Positions 45,501-54,190 are shown, numbered from the stretch's first letter. The stretch is DNA of 63,737 nt from Candidatus Woesearchaeota archaeon (GCA_016180085.1 JACPBX010000004.1:1-63737); one strand, 5' to 3'. The notes: a model not told the origin generated them from the letters alone. Numbers and translations are program-made.

Positions 45501-48500
45501 CAATGATTCAACTTCTATTGGTGCAGAAAAAATTGAAATTACCATGTACGAGGGGCAGACCAAGAACTTCAGCGTGATAGCGACAGACCCTGACAGTGAC
45601 ACACTTGCTTACACATGGCTGCTGAATGGGGCAGTAGTTTCAACAATCCAAAACTTCAGCTTCAGCCCGAAGTACAACGAAAGCGGAGATTATAACCTCA
45701 CCATAATTGTCAGCGACGGCCAGGCAGAGACAAAGGCAGACCTGCTCATAACAGTGCTGGATGTTAACAGACCAGCTGCGATAAAAGGCGTCCTCATATC
45801 GCGGCCCCTTAAGAATACGGCAAGCGCAACCGCAATCATTTTTGATGAATTTAACGATGGCAGCATTAACAGCTCAATTTGGATCCAAAGCGACTGGGAT
45901 GGAGGAGTGCTTGTAGAGGCTGATGGCGCTCTGCATTTCGAAACTGGTTCTTCCAATGACAGGCAGATTAGGACAAAATCAGACCTGGGCTTGCACGAAA
46001 ATTTTACCATAGCATTCAGGATTAAAGTCGACTATGTTTCCGGTGACAAAAATTCCGGTTTCTGGCTTGGCAACCTGGCTGAAGGCCAGCCAAGTGTAAG
46101 CAGCGGCCACAGGGGCTATTACTGGCAGTTCCACGGCAAGACGCAGGGGTTTAATATAGTCGGTCTCTATGACAACAATAGCTCATCGCTGCACGGCAAG
46201 TACAGCCCTCCCAATTGGGAGCCGGGGAAGTGGCACGACCTGAAGGTTGAAAGGGCAGCTGGAGTGGCGAGATTCTACTTTGACGGCGCCCTGGTCGGCA
46301 CAGACAGCACCTTTGCCCCGATTTTGAGCGAGCTTTACTGGAACAGCGGCAGGACATGGAAAGACCCGAGAGAAGGCGAAGATGCCAGGATGAATGTAGA
46401 TGACTTTTCAGTAAGTTCAACCAGTGATGAAACTGATGGATCAGTCACGCCAGACTTGGTTTATGAATTTATCAACCTGTCAAACACATCGGAAGTCATT
46501 ATGTACAATAACGAAACAGGGATTCTTAGCATTCTGGCAGAAGACCCTGATGGAGATGTTTTGGCGTACACCTGGCTTTTGGACGGCATTGCTGTCTCAA
46601 CAAGCCAGAACTTCACATTTGCACCAGAGGAAAACGAAATCACGAAACATAACCTTACAATCATTGCGAGCGATGGGAAGTCAGAAACAAAAGCGTCATT
46701 TATCTTGGCTGTCCTTGAGCCACCCGATTGCAGAGCCAATGTTGATGCGAGGCTGTGCGACTTCCAGCTTGGCGTCTGCAGCGGCGGCAGCGAAACATGT
46801 GACAGCAATGGCAAATGGCCCGGCTGCACGGCAGCAACATACCTAAGCTACAGCAGCAAATACGAAGCTGCTGAGACAAGCTGTGACGGGTTCGACAACG
46901 ACTGCAACGGCCAGATAGACGAAAACCGTGTCTGCAATACCGCTCCGCAACTGCAGCAGATTGAAAACAAAACCACACAGGAAAACTCTCAGTTGTCGTT
47001 CACTGCTGCAGCAACCGACAACGAAGGCGACAGCCTGACTTACAACGCAACCAACATTCCGCAGGGGGCTGCTTTTGACAACGCCACAGCAGCTTTCAGC
47101 TGGGCCCCAACATTCGAGCAGTCGGGCGTCTATACAGTAGCGTTCAACGTTTCAGACGGCTTGCTGTCCGACTACGAAACCATAAACGTAACAGTAGCAA
47201 ATGTTAACAGGCCGCCTGTTTTTGAAGGCTTGGCAAACAAGACAGTGCCTGAGAACTCAACCCTGAGCTTTGTTGCGAATGTTGCAGACCCTGACGGCGA
47301 TGCGGTTGCATCGCTGGTGGTTTATGTTCCCCAAAGGCTCAGCAACGCCACGCTAAACAAGTCCACGCATGAGTTCAAATGGACTCCAAGCTTTGACGAC
47401 AGCGGCACTTATCAGGTCACGTTTTCTGCAAGCGACGGGCAGCTTTCTGCAAACGCTTCAATCAACATTACAGTGCTCAACGTCAACAGGGCTCCTGCCA
47501 TAATGCTGCTGCTCCTTGACCCGCCAGAGCTCGTCATGGGAGAGGGTGAGACAAAGACATTCGCGGCAGATGTTGGAGACGTGGATAACGACAAAGTTGC
47601 GGTAACGTGGAAAATAAACGGCGAAACAGCCTCAACAGAGCCGCAGCTGACCTTCTCACCAGAATATGACAGCAGTGGCACCTACACCATTGAGCTGCTC
47701 GTCAGCGACTACGCAGAAACAACCACCACAGCAATGACGCTCACAGTCCAGGACACTATGGAGTGCGAGCCGCTAGTTGGCAAACAGCCTTGCAAGTTGC
47801 AACAAAGCGTGTGCAAAGGCAGCTCGGAAACGTGCAGTACCGGGGGGAAGTGGCTTGGATGCGGCGCACCAACCTACCTCGGCTACAACGCGAAATACGA
47901 GGAAAAGGAAACCCTCTGTGACGGCCTTGACAACAACTGCGACGGCCTGGCTGATGAAGGGTTTGAGGACGTTGACGGCGACAAAATCGCTGACTGCGTT
48001 GATGATGACAACGACAACGACGGGGTAAAGGATGACGTGGATGAAGTTATAGGTGATGAGGGCAACGTCAACACAAACGTCAACGACTTGAAGCTTGAGG
48101 TGGGGAGCGGTCCTGACGAGAACAAGCCAAAACTTAGGGAGGTAAGGTTCAAGGCAGGCGGCAATGACCTTGCAAGGTTTGATGTCGACTTTAGCACGGC
48201 GAAACTTAACATGCGCAGCATCATGGTTAAGCAGCAGTCTGCCGCTGATAAGAAGGGCTACACTATTTTCGGCATGGCTGGCGCGGAGCATGACAAAACG
48301 CTTTACGTTGACAGGCTTTCAAGCGGCTCAAACTCGGTCTGCGTGAAGGACGCTGAGATTAATGATGTTGCCGAGATAAACAGCGGCTGCACCGGAACTG
48401 GCGAAGTTTTGGCAATATGCGGCGCACAGCCACCTTCCTCACAGCCAACACAGCTCCAGTGCTGGATGGAATCCGGAAGGTTTGCTGTCGCCCCTCTCAA

Positions 48501-51500
48501 GCATTCTGGCGTGGTTGAGGCGTGCTGGGACGTTGACGGTGACGGCTACCTGCCCGCTGGCTGTGAAGGCGGCATGGACTGCAACGACAACGACAAGGCA
48601 CTGAATCCGGCAGCAAAAGAGGTCTGCAACGGCAAGGATGATGACTGTGATGGTGCCGCTGATGAGGACAGGGTGTGCAACACGGCTCCCGAATTCGCAG
48701 CCACAGGTAGCAAGGAAGTAAGCGAAAACGCCAAGCTCGAGTTTACGGTGTCCGCAACGGACAAGGAGAAGGACGAGATCACATATTCCGCTTCCAGCCT
48801 GCCCAAAGGGGCTTCCTTTGACGAAAAAACAGCAGCTTTCAGCTGGGTGCCAGCGTATGACCAGTCAGGGATTTATGTTGTAACGTTCACTGTCAGTGAC
48901 GGGCTGGCTTCTGGTAAGGAGGAAGTCAAAATCACAGTGCTCAACGTCAACAGGGCTCCTGAAATCATTGGTGCAATTGGCAACAGGGAGGTGAAGGAGA
49001 ATGAGGAGCTCAGCTTTACAGTGCAGGCAGAGGACCCTGACGGAGACAAGCTGGCTTGGACTGTAACGTACTCCAAAGAACCCGCTGGTGCGAAAGTTGA
49101 GCAGCTGGGCAGCTCCCTCAAGTTCTCATGGAAGCCTGGATTCGAGCAGTCAGGCACATACGCTGCCGAGTTTGCAGCCAGTGATGGAAGCTATTCGGCA
49201 AGTGAAACGATAACCATAACAGCGCTGAACGTCAACAGGCTGCCTGTGATAGAGCACATACTGATAGACCCGCCAGGCCTTGTGATGGGAGAGGGCGAGA
49301 AGAAGACCTTCACCCCGACCTTTTCAGACGCCGATAATGACGCGCTCACGGTTTCCTGGAAGGCGAATGGAAAAACCGTTTCTGCAAATGACGTGCTTGA
49401 GTTCTCCACAGGCTATGAGAGCAGCGGAGAGTACACTATCGTGTTTGAAGTTAATGATGGTTCGGCAACCAGCTCCACAACGATGGCGCTTACAGTACAG
49501 GACACGCTCGAATGCGAGGGCAGCCAAAAGAAGGCCTGCCCGCTGCAGCAGGGCGTGTGCAGCAGCTCATTCGCTAGCTGCGTAAACGGCAAATTTGCGG
49601 ATTGTGGTGGCAGCGCCAGCTACGGCAGTAAGTACATTGCCAAGGAGGAATTCTGTTCTTTCAAGCCAAATGAAAACAGCTGCCTGGCGTTGTGCGACAC
49701 GCTGGATAACGACTGTGATGGTGCCGCTGATGAGGACAGGGTGTGCAACACCGCCCCGAAGCTGCAGGCGATAGGGGAGAAGAGCGCCAAGGAGAATGAG
49801 TTGCTCACATTCACGGTTTCTGCAACAGACAGTGATGGTGACAAACTTAGCTTCTCAGCTTCAAACCTGCCGCAGGGCTCAGCCTTTGATGCCTCAACTG
49901 CAACGTTCTCGTGGAAGCCAGCCTTTGACCAGGCAGGGACTTACAAGGCCAAGTTCGCTGTCACAGATGGCCTGCTCTCTGCTGAGGAAGAACCATCCAT
50001 CACTGTGGCGAACACTAACAGAGCCCCAGCCATAACAGGCACCACAGGCAGCACGGCGGTAAAAGAAACAGAAGAGGCTGTCATTACAGTTTCCGCATCA
50101 GACCCTGATGGCGACTCATTAACTTATTCTGTTGATGATTCCAGATTTGCAAATGACAATGAAAAAAGCAGCACGTTCAGGTGGAAGACAGGCTATGATG
50201 ATGCAGGAACTCATTCAGTAAAGGTTACTGTTGCCGATAATTCTGCGGACGGCACCCTCACCACATCAACGGACGTTACGGTGAAGGTTGAAAACGTCAA
50301 CAGGCCTCCTGTGATTAGCCAGCTCCTGCTTGACCCTGCAAACCTTGAAATGAACGAGGGCGAAACAAAGACGTTCACGCCCAGCCTGGCGGACGATGAC
50401 GGCGATGCCCTTTCGGCAACATGGATGGTGGATGGCAACGTCGCGTCAACGGAAAAGGTGTTCACGTACAAGCCCGGCTTCCTTGACAGCGGCGAGCACA
50501 CGGTTGAGCTGGTAGCCAGTGACCAGGCTGATGCCGCGACAACAAAAATGCTGCTGACGGTTTTCGACACCATGCAGTGCGAGCCAGGCAAAGCTGCAGG
50601 ATGCCCGCTTCAGCTCGGCGTGTGCCATGGAAGCGCGGCAGCGTGCACAATGGACGGCAAAATGCCTGCGTGCGGGGCAGCCGACTACAGCACAGCCGCA
50701 AAGGGCAGCGGCAGCTATGCGCCAACCGAGGAATACTGCAGCCTTGCCCCAAACGAAAACAGCTGTTACATGTATTGCGACGGCCTGGACAATGACTGCG
50801 ATGGCCAGAAAGACGAAGATAGGGTGTGCAATACAGCTCCGCAAGCAGGGAAAGCAGGAATGAAGGAAGCAAGCGAAGGGAAAGAATTGGAATTTGGGGT
50901 CGCAGCAGAAGACAGCGAAGGCGATACGCTGGCGTTCAGCAGCAGCGACCTGCCCAGGGGTGCAGCCCTGGCCGAATCAGGCACGCTCAAATGGACGCCA
51001 AGCTATGAGCAGGCTGGCGAATATGACATCCCGGTCACTGTATCCGACGGGCTGCAGCATGCCGCCATAACTGTGCAGGTAAGGGTCAGCAACGTGAACC
51101 GTGCGCCTGAGGCAGGCATACTAATTGAGCCGCAGGGCACGGAAGTAAAAACTGGCGAGTTCAGGCTTCTGAGGGCAAATGCAAAGGACCCGGACGACGA
51201 CACGCTGTCCTACACGTGGACGCACAACGGACTGCTTGTTTCAAAGTCTACTTTCTACAAGTTCGCGCCAGAGCCGACAACCGGCGCAACGCACGAGTTC
51301 AGGCTAACAGCAAGCGATGGCGAATTGAACGCGGAAGCAACCGCTGTGCTGACTTACGCCAACACATGGGTATGCAATCCCGGCGAAACCAGGCCGTGCC
51401 AGCAGCAACTTGGAGTATGCGCAGGCAGCAGCGAAACATGCGCCTCAACGGGAAAATGGCCGGAATGCACCGCAGCAACATACAGCAGCTACAGCAGCTC

Positions 51501-52374
51501 TTACCAAACCAGTGAGGTGAACTGCGACAATGCAGACAACGACTGTGACGGGCAGGTTGACGAGGACATAGTCAAGTCCTGCGGCCCGGACAAGGGAACG
51601 AGCACGTGCGCTGCCGGTGTGTGGCAGCCCTGCTCAGGAAGCCAGGAACTTGACAAGCCAATAGAGGAGGCATGCGGCAACGGCATTGACGATAATGCCA
51701 ACGGAAAAGTGGACGAGGGCTGCGACATCACAGCTCCGGCAACAACCATATACCTCTCGGAAAGCCCTGACCCCACAAAGCGGCACGAACACACGTACAA
51801 GTTCCTGATATACGCGCACCTACAGGCTTCAGACCACGAATCAGAGCTGACAGGCTGCGAGATAAACTGGAACGATGGGGATGGCTGGGAAACAGCCGAT
51901 AAGGGCACGGAAGGAAAAATAACAACGCTAAACCACAGCTACAAAACGCTCGGGCAGAAAAAGGTGGAATACCGCTGCACGTCACAAGGCGGCACATCGG
52001 AAACAACCGAGAGGTTCCACGGCTATGACGCGATAGAAATAGCCGACGGCACGCCACCTTCAACAAAAGTCTACCTGGGCGACACAGAAACGCCAGCCCA
52101 CAAAAAAGAGACTGCATCAATGAAGGTTTACGCCTACTTGTGGAACTGGGACTCGCAGTCTGAATTAAAAAGCTGCGAGATAGACTGGGGCGAAGGAACC
52201 GGCTGGCAGGCTGTGGATGTCGGGCCAAGGTCTCTGATAAACTTTTACACTGCCCAGCACGACTATGCCGGGAAAGGGCTGAAGCATGTCAGCTACAGGT
52301 GCACCTCAGAATTCGGAGGGACAAGCACGGGAAACAGGGAGCACTTCAACTACGACGAAATAGCCATAAAGTGA
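39589..52374 (+). CDS. giant surface protein (about 4261 aa): signal anchor, subtilisin-like S8 protease, multiple Ig/CARDB- and cadherin-like repeats, LamG-like domain, Cys-rich CDGxDNDCDGxxDE modules, two PKD-like domains
   Basis: The ATG at 39589 gives MNQGSIKAIRRVIAGGVAALIVLLLISF. S8 triad contexts: VAILDTGID, HGTHVAGTVAG and GTSMATPHVSGAAALL. Recurrent VNRAP/VNRPP repeat boundaries. The C-terminal INWNDGDGWE...HSYKTLG is PKD-like. Confidence 0.85.
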   Translation: MNQGSIKAIRRVIAGGVAALIVLLLISFLPLEKWSQTAAYSQNTPAATDREEDAGLREKGMAEIALRHGEPVTPQPKAKLGKGQSEAAVPRPEIIEPVLANEMKAEGGKGKEIEVLIRFADSDGEGAAGVLATTASRIDSERTRMKEVAEELEKAGAKVEGAYLVGNLIVAKVKASELEKITENKKVEMISANREVQAVLSESVPQIEADAFWNAGFKGKGVRVAILDTGIDSSHPMLAGKVIAEKAFTGEDHTTDLNGHGTHVAGTVAGTKAAGGSYDGVAPDALLMNGKVLSDDGWGSTAGIVAGINWAVDPDGNPETDDGAKVISMSLGGTYNNPYDPMSMAIKEALEAGVLVIVASGNCGACGLCGGYKGVTTPGTSPWAFTVGAVDKSNEVACFSGGGVIDEVGVKPDITAPGVGIKSSVPGGYSAYQGTSMATPHVSGAAALLLQKNPALSPEQIRSILENTATDRGATGKDTSYGAGILNLSAAFRAKAAIKATSRISADMLTSEELNEEIIFYNFGSEPLYINVSHDSWIRFTGLPESPFRIEPTRNITTKYSIAALEIGAGLHNGKIEVNTSDQDLRNVSVSISIRVFESTAPKFEEVAFPALAFSREELELATSVTDNGMVSKVIAKVKSPENAFPQVETGLEKIDEKRWRGLLRMPLVSSSKQAVLEVTASDNDGHASVFEKGMEITNLVVEIKGSDNATQGKAVEIGAIFVNTADATKDVLAEFEIVDSLGITAFRSVDGSVNLPTGFKGIFSVKWTPESYGNYVVNVTIKSPSEEIMANSTESLTITLPQWGSMQSVKLPEAITKGEALSYEVQFGNSGPAPFEAIAALSILDEHQKVKLVVPSEEKEVPAGGSITFSASAEKLSLSGGNYTAVLQVFYGNREEVVEKPLKVTAPETLGITLGLAKKEVEYGSENLHYTVTARNTGAMPLFAEFNTTLRNSEGDEAYSARFNGSEVAAGESLGISSEINTTGLSVGSYLLTVNANYEGNSVNTQTQFNIEDTAPPLLGPVTLPKAVRRYEPIAAELGALDYSPLANISAKLITGEKKILGESNASPSRGNPVIFNTAETGKHLLILEACDAYNNCNTSENAITVEECPGRKALIINARNDQKTVRPLIEGALSSNACIYEYNTTNGALPDSSYLANFTAVIWTSGNSQRAVPQHYQSLLLDYILGGGSLLVEGADIAFRHRNDEFMRNITHSVLAETMTVSLPGSPEASPQEGKEINITRAAPHHITFALPETFSYRPPDQNRDPDEVLPLDEADGLLRWGERDGYAAVAYETRVEGLNITEPEGHYKTAFLPLDIAGLNGETAKRILADTTEWLLLESSLSDIRVEVTHGRLVEGDNEINLTITEKTGPATTAEVIFEVDKSKVYSQEIEMPEGSSTIRLAVPLTAGERTIRAAAIAPISEQDYKNNEVAYKAYVAPKLPDIIVQGIAYAYEAATQTAEINVTATNRGGTAAETDITVFIGDNATGTAHLNLQAGGEANRSFKSRAAAGKKKITAKSENAEDANYANNQLTIEANFCSKERILVVDDNDTELYATSAPSSAPEIARILDENGYCAELWGEAEKGLPTSLNAFPLVVWSTGDYLQAITSSEDAELIRGYRNSLLLEGSDIAADLAGRGNESLLREISGTAFASDVLIPLTENRTLNKKEHPILEGVGNLEIGGNRSPYPDAVEALDAEAVAEWQNANGTAAITARTVTDPPYGRKQAYYAFSVDGITDPAVMERLVLNTVQWLLRPNSVPQLHNLSDITVNEGENAFMEINATDADNDTLSYAVNDSRFVKGQQGQQQNANVFVWSASYNDAGNYKVLVSASDWKDSANATINVTVLGVNRPAVFNNTFENITTSENGTVVLKLVPYDADNDPLELEALMGAREVPQHYSNVALFGASFDSGSGTFVWTPDFNSSGEYVLRVDLLEYYISPLEGMMLRKLVNITVANSNRAPSFTFEPNDSTSIGAEKIEITMYEGQTKNFSVIATDPDSDTLAYTWLLNGAVVSTIQNFSFSPKYNESGDYNLTIIVSDGQAETKADLLITVLDVNRPAAIKGVLISRPLKNTASATAIIFDEFNDGSINSSIWIQSDWDGGVLVEADGALHFETGSSNDRQIRTKSDLGLHENFTIAFRIKVDYVSGDKNSGFWLGNLAEGQPSVSSGHRGYYWQFHGKTQGFNIVGLYDNNSSSLHGKYSPPNWEPGKWHDLKVERAAGVARFYFDGALVGTDSTFAPILSELYWNSGRTWKDPREGEDARMNVDDFSVSSTSDETDGSVTPDLVYEFINLSNTSEVIMYNNETGILSILAEDPDGDVLAYTWLLDGIAVSTSQNFTFAPEENEITKHNLTIIASDGKSETKASFILAVLEPPDCRANVDARLCDFQLGVCSGGSETCDSNGKWPGCTAATYLSYSSKYEAAETSCDGFDNDCNGQIDENRVCNTAPQLQQIENKTTQENSQLSFTAAATDNEGDSLTYNATNIPQGAAFDNATAAFSWAPTFEQSGVYTVAFNVSDGLLSDYETINVTVANVNRPPVFEGLANKTVPENSTLSFVANVADPDGDAVASLVVYVPQRLSNATLNKSTHEFKWTPSFDDSGTYQVTFSASDGQLSANASINITVLNVNRAPAIMLLLLDPPELVMGEGETKTFAADVGDVDNDKVAVTWKINGETASTEPQLTFSPEYDSSGTYTIELLVSDYAETTTTAMTLTVQDTMECEPLVGKQPCKLQQSVCKGSSETCSTGGKWLGCGAPTYLGYNAKYEEKETLCDGLDNNCDGLADEGFEDVDGDKIADCVDDDNDNDGVKDDVDEVIGDEGNVNTNVNDLKLEVGSGPDENKPKLREVRFKAGGNDLARFDVDFSTAKLNMRSIMVKQQSAADKKGYTIFGMAGAEHDKTLYVDRLSSGSNSVCVKDAEINDVAEINSGCTGTGEVLAICGAQPPSSQPTQLQCWMESGRFAVAPLKHSGVVEACWDVDGDGYLPAGCEGGMDCNDNDKALNPAAKEVCNGKDDDCDGAADEDRVCNTAPEFAATGSKEVSENAKLEFTVSATDKEKDEITYSASSLPKGASFDEKTAAFSWVPAYDQSGIYVVTFTVSDGLASGKEEVKITVLNVNRAPEIIGAIGNREVKENEELSFTVQAEDPDGDKLAWTVTYSKEPAGAKVEQLGSSLKFSWKPGFEQSGTYAAEFAASDGSYSASETITITALNVNRLPVIEHILIDPPGLVMGEGEKKTFTPTFSDADNDALTVSWKANGKTVSANDVLEFSTGYESSGEYTIVFEVNDGSATSSTTMALTVQDTLECEGSQKKACPLQQGVCSSSFASCVNGKFADCGGSASYGSKYIAKEEFCSFKPNENSCLALCDTLDNDCDGAADEDRVCNTAPKLQAIGEKSAKENELLTFTVSATDSDGDKLSFSASNLPQGSAFDASTATFSWKPAFDQAGTYKAKFAVTDGLLSAEEEPSITVANTNRAPAITGTTGSTAVKETEEAVITVSASDPDGDSLTYSVDDSRFANDNEKSSTFRWKTGYDDAGTHSVKVTVADNSADGTLTTSTDVTVKVENVNRPPVISQLLLDPANLEMNEGETKTFTPSLADDDGDALSATWMVDGNVASTEKVFTYKPGFLDSGEHTVELVASDQADAATTKMLLTVFDTMQCEPGKAAGCPLQLGVCHGSAAACTMDGKMPACGAADYSTAAKGSGSYAPTEEYCSLAPNENSCYMYCDGLDNDCDGQKDEDRVCNTAPQAGKAGMKEASEGKELEFGVAAEDSEGDTLAFSSSDLPRGAALAESGTLKWTPSYEQAGEYDIPVTVSDGLQHAAITVQVRVSNVNRAPEAGILIEPQGTEVKTGEFRLLRANAKDPDDDTLSYTWTHNGLLVSKSTFYKFAPEPTTGATHEFRLTASDGELNAEATAVLTYANTWVCNPGETRPCQQQLGVCAGSSETCASTGKWPECTAATYSSYSSSYQTSEVNCDNADNDCDGQVDEDIVKSCGPDKGTSTCAAGVWQPCSGSQELDKPIEEACGNGIDDNANGKVDEGCDITAPATTIYLSESPDPTKRHEHTYKFLIYAHLQASDHESELTGCEINWNDGDGWETADKGTEGKITTLNHSYKTLGQKKVEYRCTSQGGTSETTERFHGYDAIEIADGTPPSTKVYLGDTETPAHKKETASMKVYAYLWNWDSQSELKSCEIDWGEGTGWQAVDVGPRSLINFYTAQHDYAGKGLKHVSYRCTSEFGGTSTGNREHFNYDEIAIK
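46711..51720 (+). repeat. about six tandem in-frame modules of roughly 0.8-1.1 kb inside the giant gene
   Basis: Module starts lie near 46711, 47746, 48520, 49495, 50560 and 51355. Each has C.LQ.GVC.GS.E.C..GKW..C ... CDG.DNDCDG..DE(D)RVCNTAP, then 2-3 cadherin-like units. A 41-nt run is identical at 48643-48683 and 49711-49751. Confidence 0.8.
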
Positions 52375-52392
52375 ACATAAACTGAGGGCAAG

Positions 52393-54036
52393 ATGAAACA
52401 TTACCTGACAGAACTAACAGGACTAACAGGACTAATCCAGCACACGCAGGCAGGATACACAGGCATGTTGAGCAGCCTCAGAATGCCGCTAATGCCGCTT
52501 ATGCCGTTTGCGGCCGCGGCAATAGCAGCAGTAATCACGGCATGCGGAAGTGGGGATGGCATTCGGCAGGCAACGCAGCAGCCCGTAACGCAAACACTGG
52601 AAACCGCAATAGCGACAGCAACGGTAACGGGAACCCATACTCCAGCAACAACTGCAACAATTGCAGGGCTGCCCACAAACACAGCCACAGCGATGCCGCC
52701 AGCCTCAACCCCAACACCCATAAAAACTCCAGCATCGCCTGTGGCAACAGCAGTTCTGACTTACACTCTTACGCCCTTCCCTTTTACACCCAATTATACG
52801 CTTACGCCAACGCCGCAGCCGACCAACACTCCACACACAACAAACGCCCCATACCCGACTGCCACAGCGACAGCAGCCCTGGCGCCAACCCTGATACCCC
52901 AGCCGCTGCCGACAAAAACCCCTGCGCCCAGCCCAACGCAGACTCCTGCACCCACTCTAACAGCAACAGCCACGATTACGCCCACATCAACGCCTGTGCC
53001 CAGGCTTGACATCCTGATGGAAGGGATATCGGCTTATGACGCAGAAACAAGAGGGCAGCCAGTGCAGGGCAAGCGATGGATTGTAGAATACAAGTTCGGA
53101 GTCCATGGGTTTAGCACCCCAGCCAAAGTCCAGGTCAGGGCATACCTTAATGATGACATCGGCAAAGCGGTCACCGCAGAGGCTGAAATAATAGCAGGGG
53201 GCCTCAACAGGCTGGTAATTGGGATGCCGCCCAACGGCAGGGCAGGCCTGGAAACGCTCACAGTTGAAATGAATTTTGCAGTGCCTGGGAAGGAGAGGCT
53301 TCCGGAAAAGACATTCACCAACAATTCAAGGACATCTGATGTGGTTTTTGCATCCCCACCAACCTATGTGGCAAACACACCCGCGCCAACAACGGCAACA
53401 CCAACTAACACGCCTCTGCCGCTCACGTCAACAGCAACAGCCACGCTTACGCCCACGCCAACCTTTACTCCTACTCCAACACATACGGCAACTGTTCCCC
53501 CGACAGTACCATCGGAATCACCCACACCGGAAGGCGAAGGGCCAACACTGCCAACCTTTACTCCTACTCCAACTTTTACTCTAACTCCAACAGCAACATT
53601 TACTCCAACACCGACAGCCACTCCAACTTACACACCCACTCCTACACATACTCCAAGTCCAACGCCTACGCCTACGCCAACTGCCACTCCGACTTTCACG
53701 CCAACCCCAACACCGCTGCCGCCAACTTTCACGCCTACTCCCACACCGACTTTCACGCCTACCCCTACAGCTACTCCAACGCCTACTCTGACTCCGACCC
53801 CAACGCATACGCCAACCCCGACTTATACGCCCACCCCGACGGCAACAGTTCCCCCGACAGCGCCGCCTGAATCACCCACACCGGAAGAGGGAGGGCCAAC
53901 ACTGAAAAGGATTGGCAACAGAGGCAGCACAGGCACCGCAGGGCAGGAAGAGCCAATGCTCGCATTTCTGGCTTTAACAGCGGCAGCTGGAACGACTGGA
54001 GTGGCGCTTTACGCTGTAAGAAAGCCGAAATCCTAA
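52393..54036 (+). CDS. Thr/Pro-rich cell-surface protein with a lipobox-like N-terminus and a C-terminal hydrophobic anchor
   Basis: [12 protein letters not shown]|GSG is lipobox-like. There are long TPTPT tracts and a central roughly 110-aa globular segment. The C-terminus is [29 protein letters not shown]. Confidence 0.7.
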   Translation: MKHYLTELTGLTGLIQHTQAGYTGMLSSLRMPLMPLMPFAAAAIAAVITACGSGDGIRQATQQPVTQTLETAIATATVTGTHTPATTATIAGLPTNTATAMPPASTPTPIKTPASPVATAVLTYTLTPFPFTPNYTLTPTPQPTNTPHTTNAPYPTATATAALAPTLIPQPLPTKTPAPSPTQTPAPTLTATATITPTSTPVPRLDILMEGISAYDAETRGQPVQGKRWIVEYKFGVHGFSTPAKVQVRAYLNDDIGKAVTAEAEIIAGGLNRLVIGMPPNGRAGLETLTVEMNFAVPGKERLPEKTFTNNSRTSDVVFASPPTYVANTPAPTTATPTNTPLPLTSTATATLTPTPTFTPTPTHTATVPPTVPSESPTPEGEGPTLPTFTPTPTFTLTPTATFTPTPTATPTYTPTPTHTPSPTPTPTPTATPTFTPTPTPLPPTFTPTPTPTFTPTPTATPTPTLTPTPTHTPTPTYTPTPTATVPPTAPPESPTPEEGGPTLKRIGNRGSTGTAGQEEPMLAFLALTAAAGTTGVALYAVRKPKS

Positions 54037-54099
54037 GAGACTTGCCAGGCAGGGGGGCCGAGAAGCTTCCGGATAATGTCAAGTAATGCGGGATGAGTT

Positions 54100-54190
54100 G
54101 CCAACCGTGCCTGAGTTTCACTCAGGTTTACTTCTCCTCCCCACGGTAACCGTAGGGGAGAGAAGTGAAGTCCGCAGGACCACGGTTGGC
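54100..54190. ncRNA. cloverleaf-like structured element of unknown class
   Basis: A perfect 10-bp closing stem gccaaccgtg/cacggttggc encloses three hairpins. These are 54110-54126 (6 bp), 54131-54165 (16 positions: 13 WC, 1 GU, 2 mismatches) and 54170-54180 (4 bp). The strand is undetermined. Confidence 0.45.

Noticed and set aside
47773-48291. Numerous ORFs of 60-170 aa antisense to or out of frame with the giant gene and the other large surface genes. Examples are 47773..48291, 51728..52228, 50211..50591 and 59066..59977.
   Set aside because: They lie wholly inside much longer ORFs that carry recognisable domains. Their translations are low-complexity (Ser/Pro/Arg/Cys-rich), as expected from the reverse frames of repetitive coding DNA.
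48643-49751. Near-identical segments inside the giant gene as the template/variable repeats of a diversity-generating retroelement.
   Set aside because: No reverse transcriptase gene is in the window. The differences between repeat copies are not restricted to adenine positions. Ordinary intragenic module duplication explains them.
52700-53900. Highly repetitive acnccnac (Thr-Pro) DNA that superficially resembles a repeat array.
   Set aside because: It lies in one long open reading frame with a signal peptide and a C-terminal anchor. The repeats are codon-level low complexity with no spacer/repeat periodicity. It is not a CRISPR array or a satellite.
54100-54190. Whether the cloverleaf-like element is an unusual tRNA.
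   Set aside because: The first arm has a 6-bp stem with a 5-nt loop. The central arm is a 16-position stem with a 3-nt loop and so has no 7-nt anticodon loop. The third arm has a 3-nt loop with no T-loop consensus. It cannot be a functional tRNA as folded.
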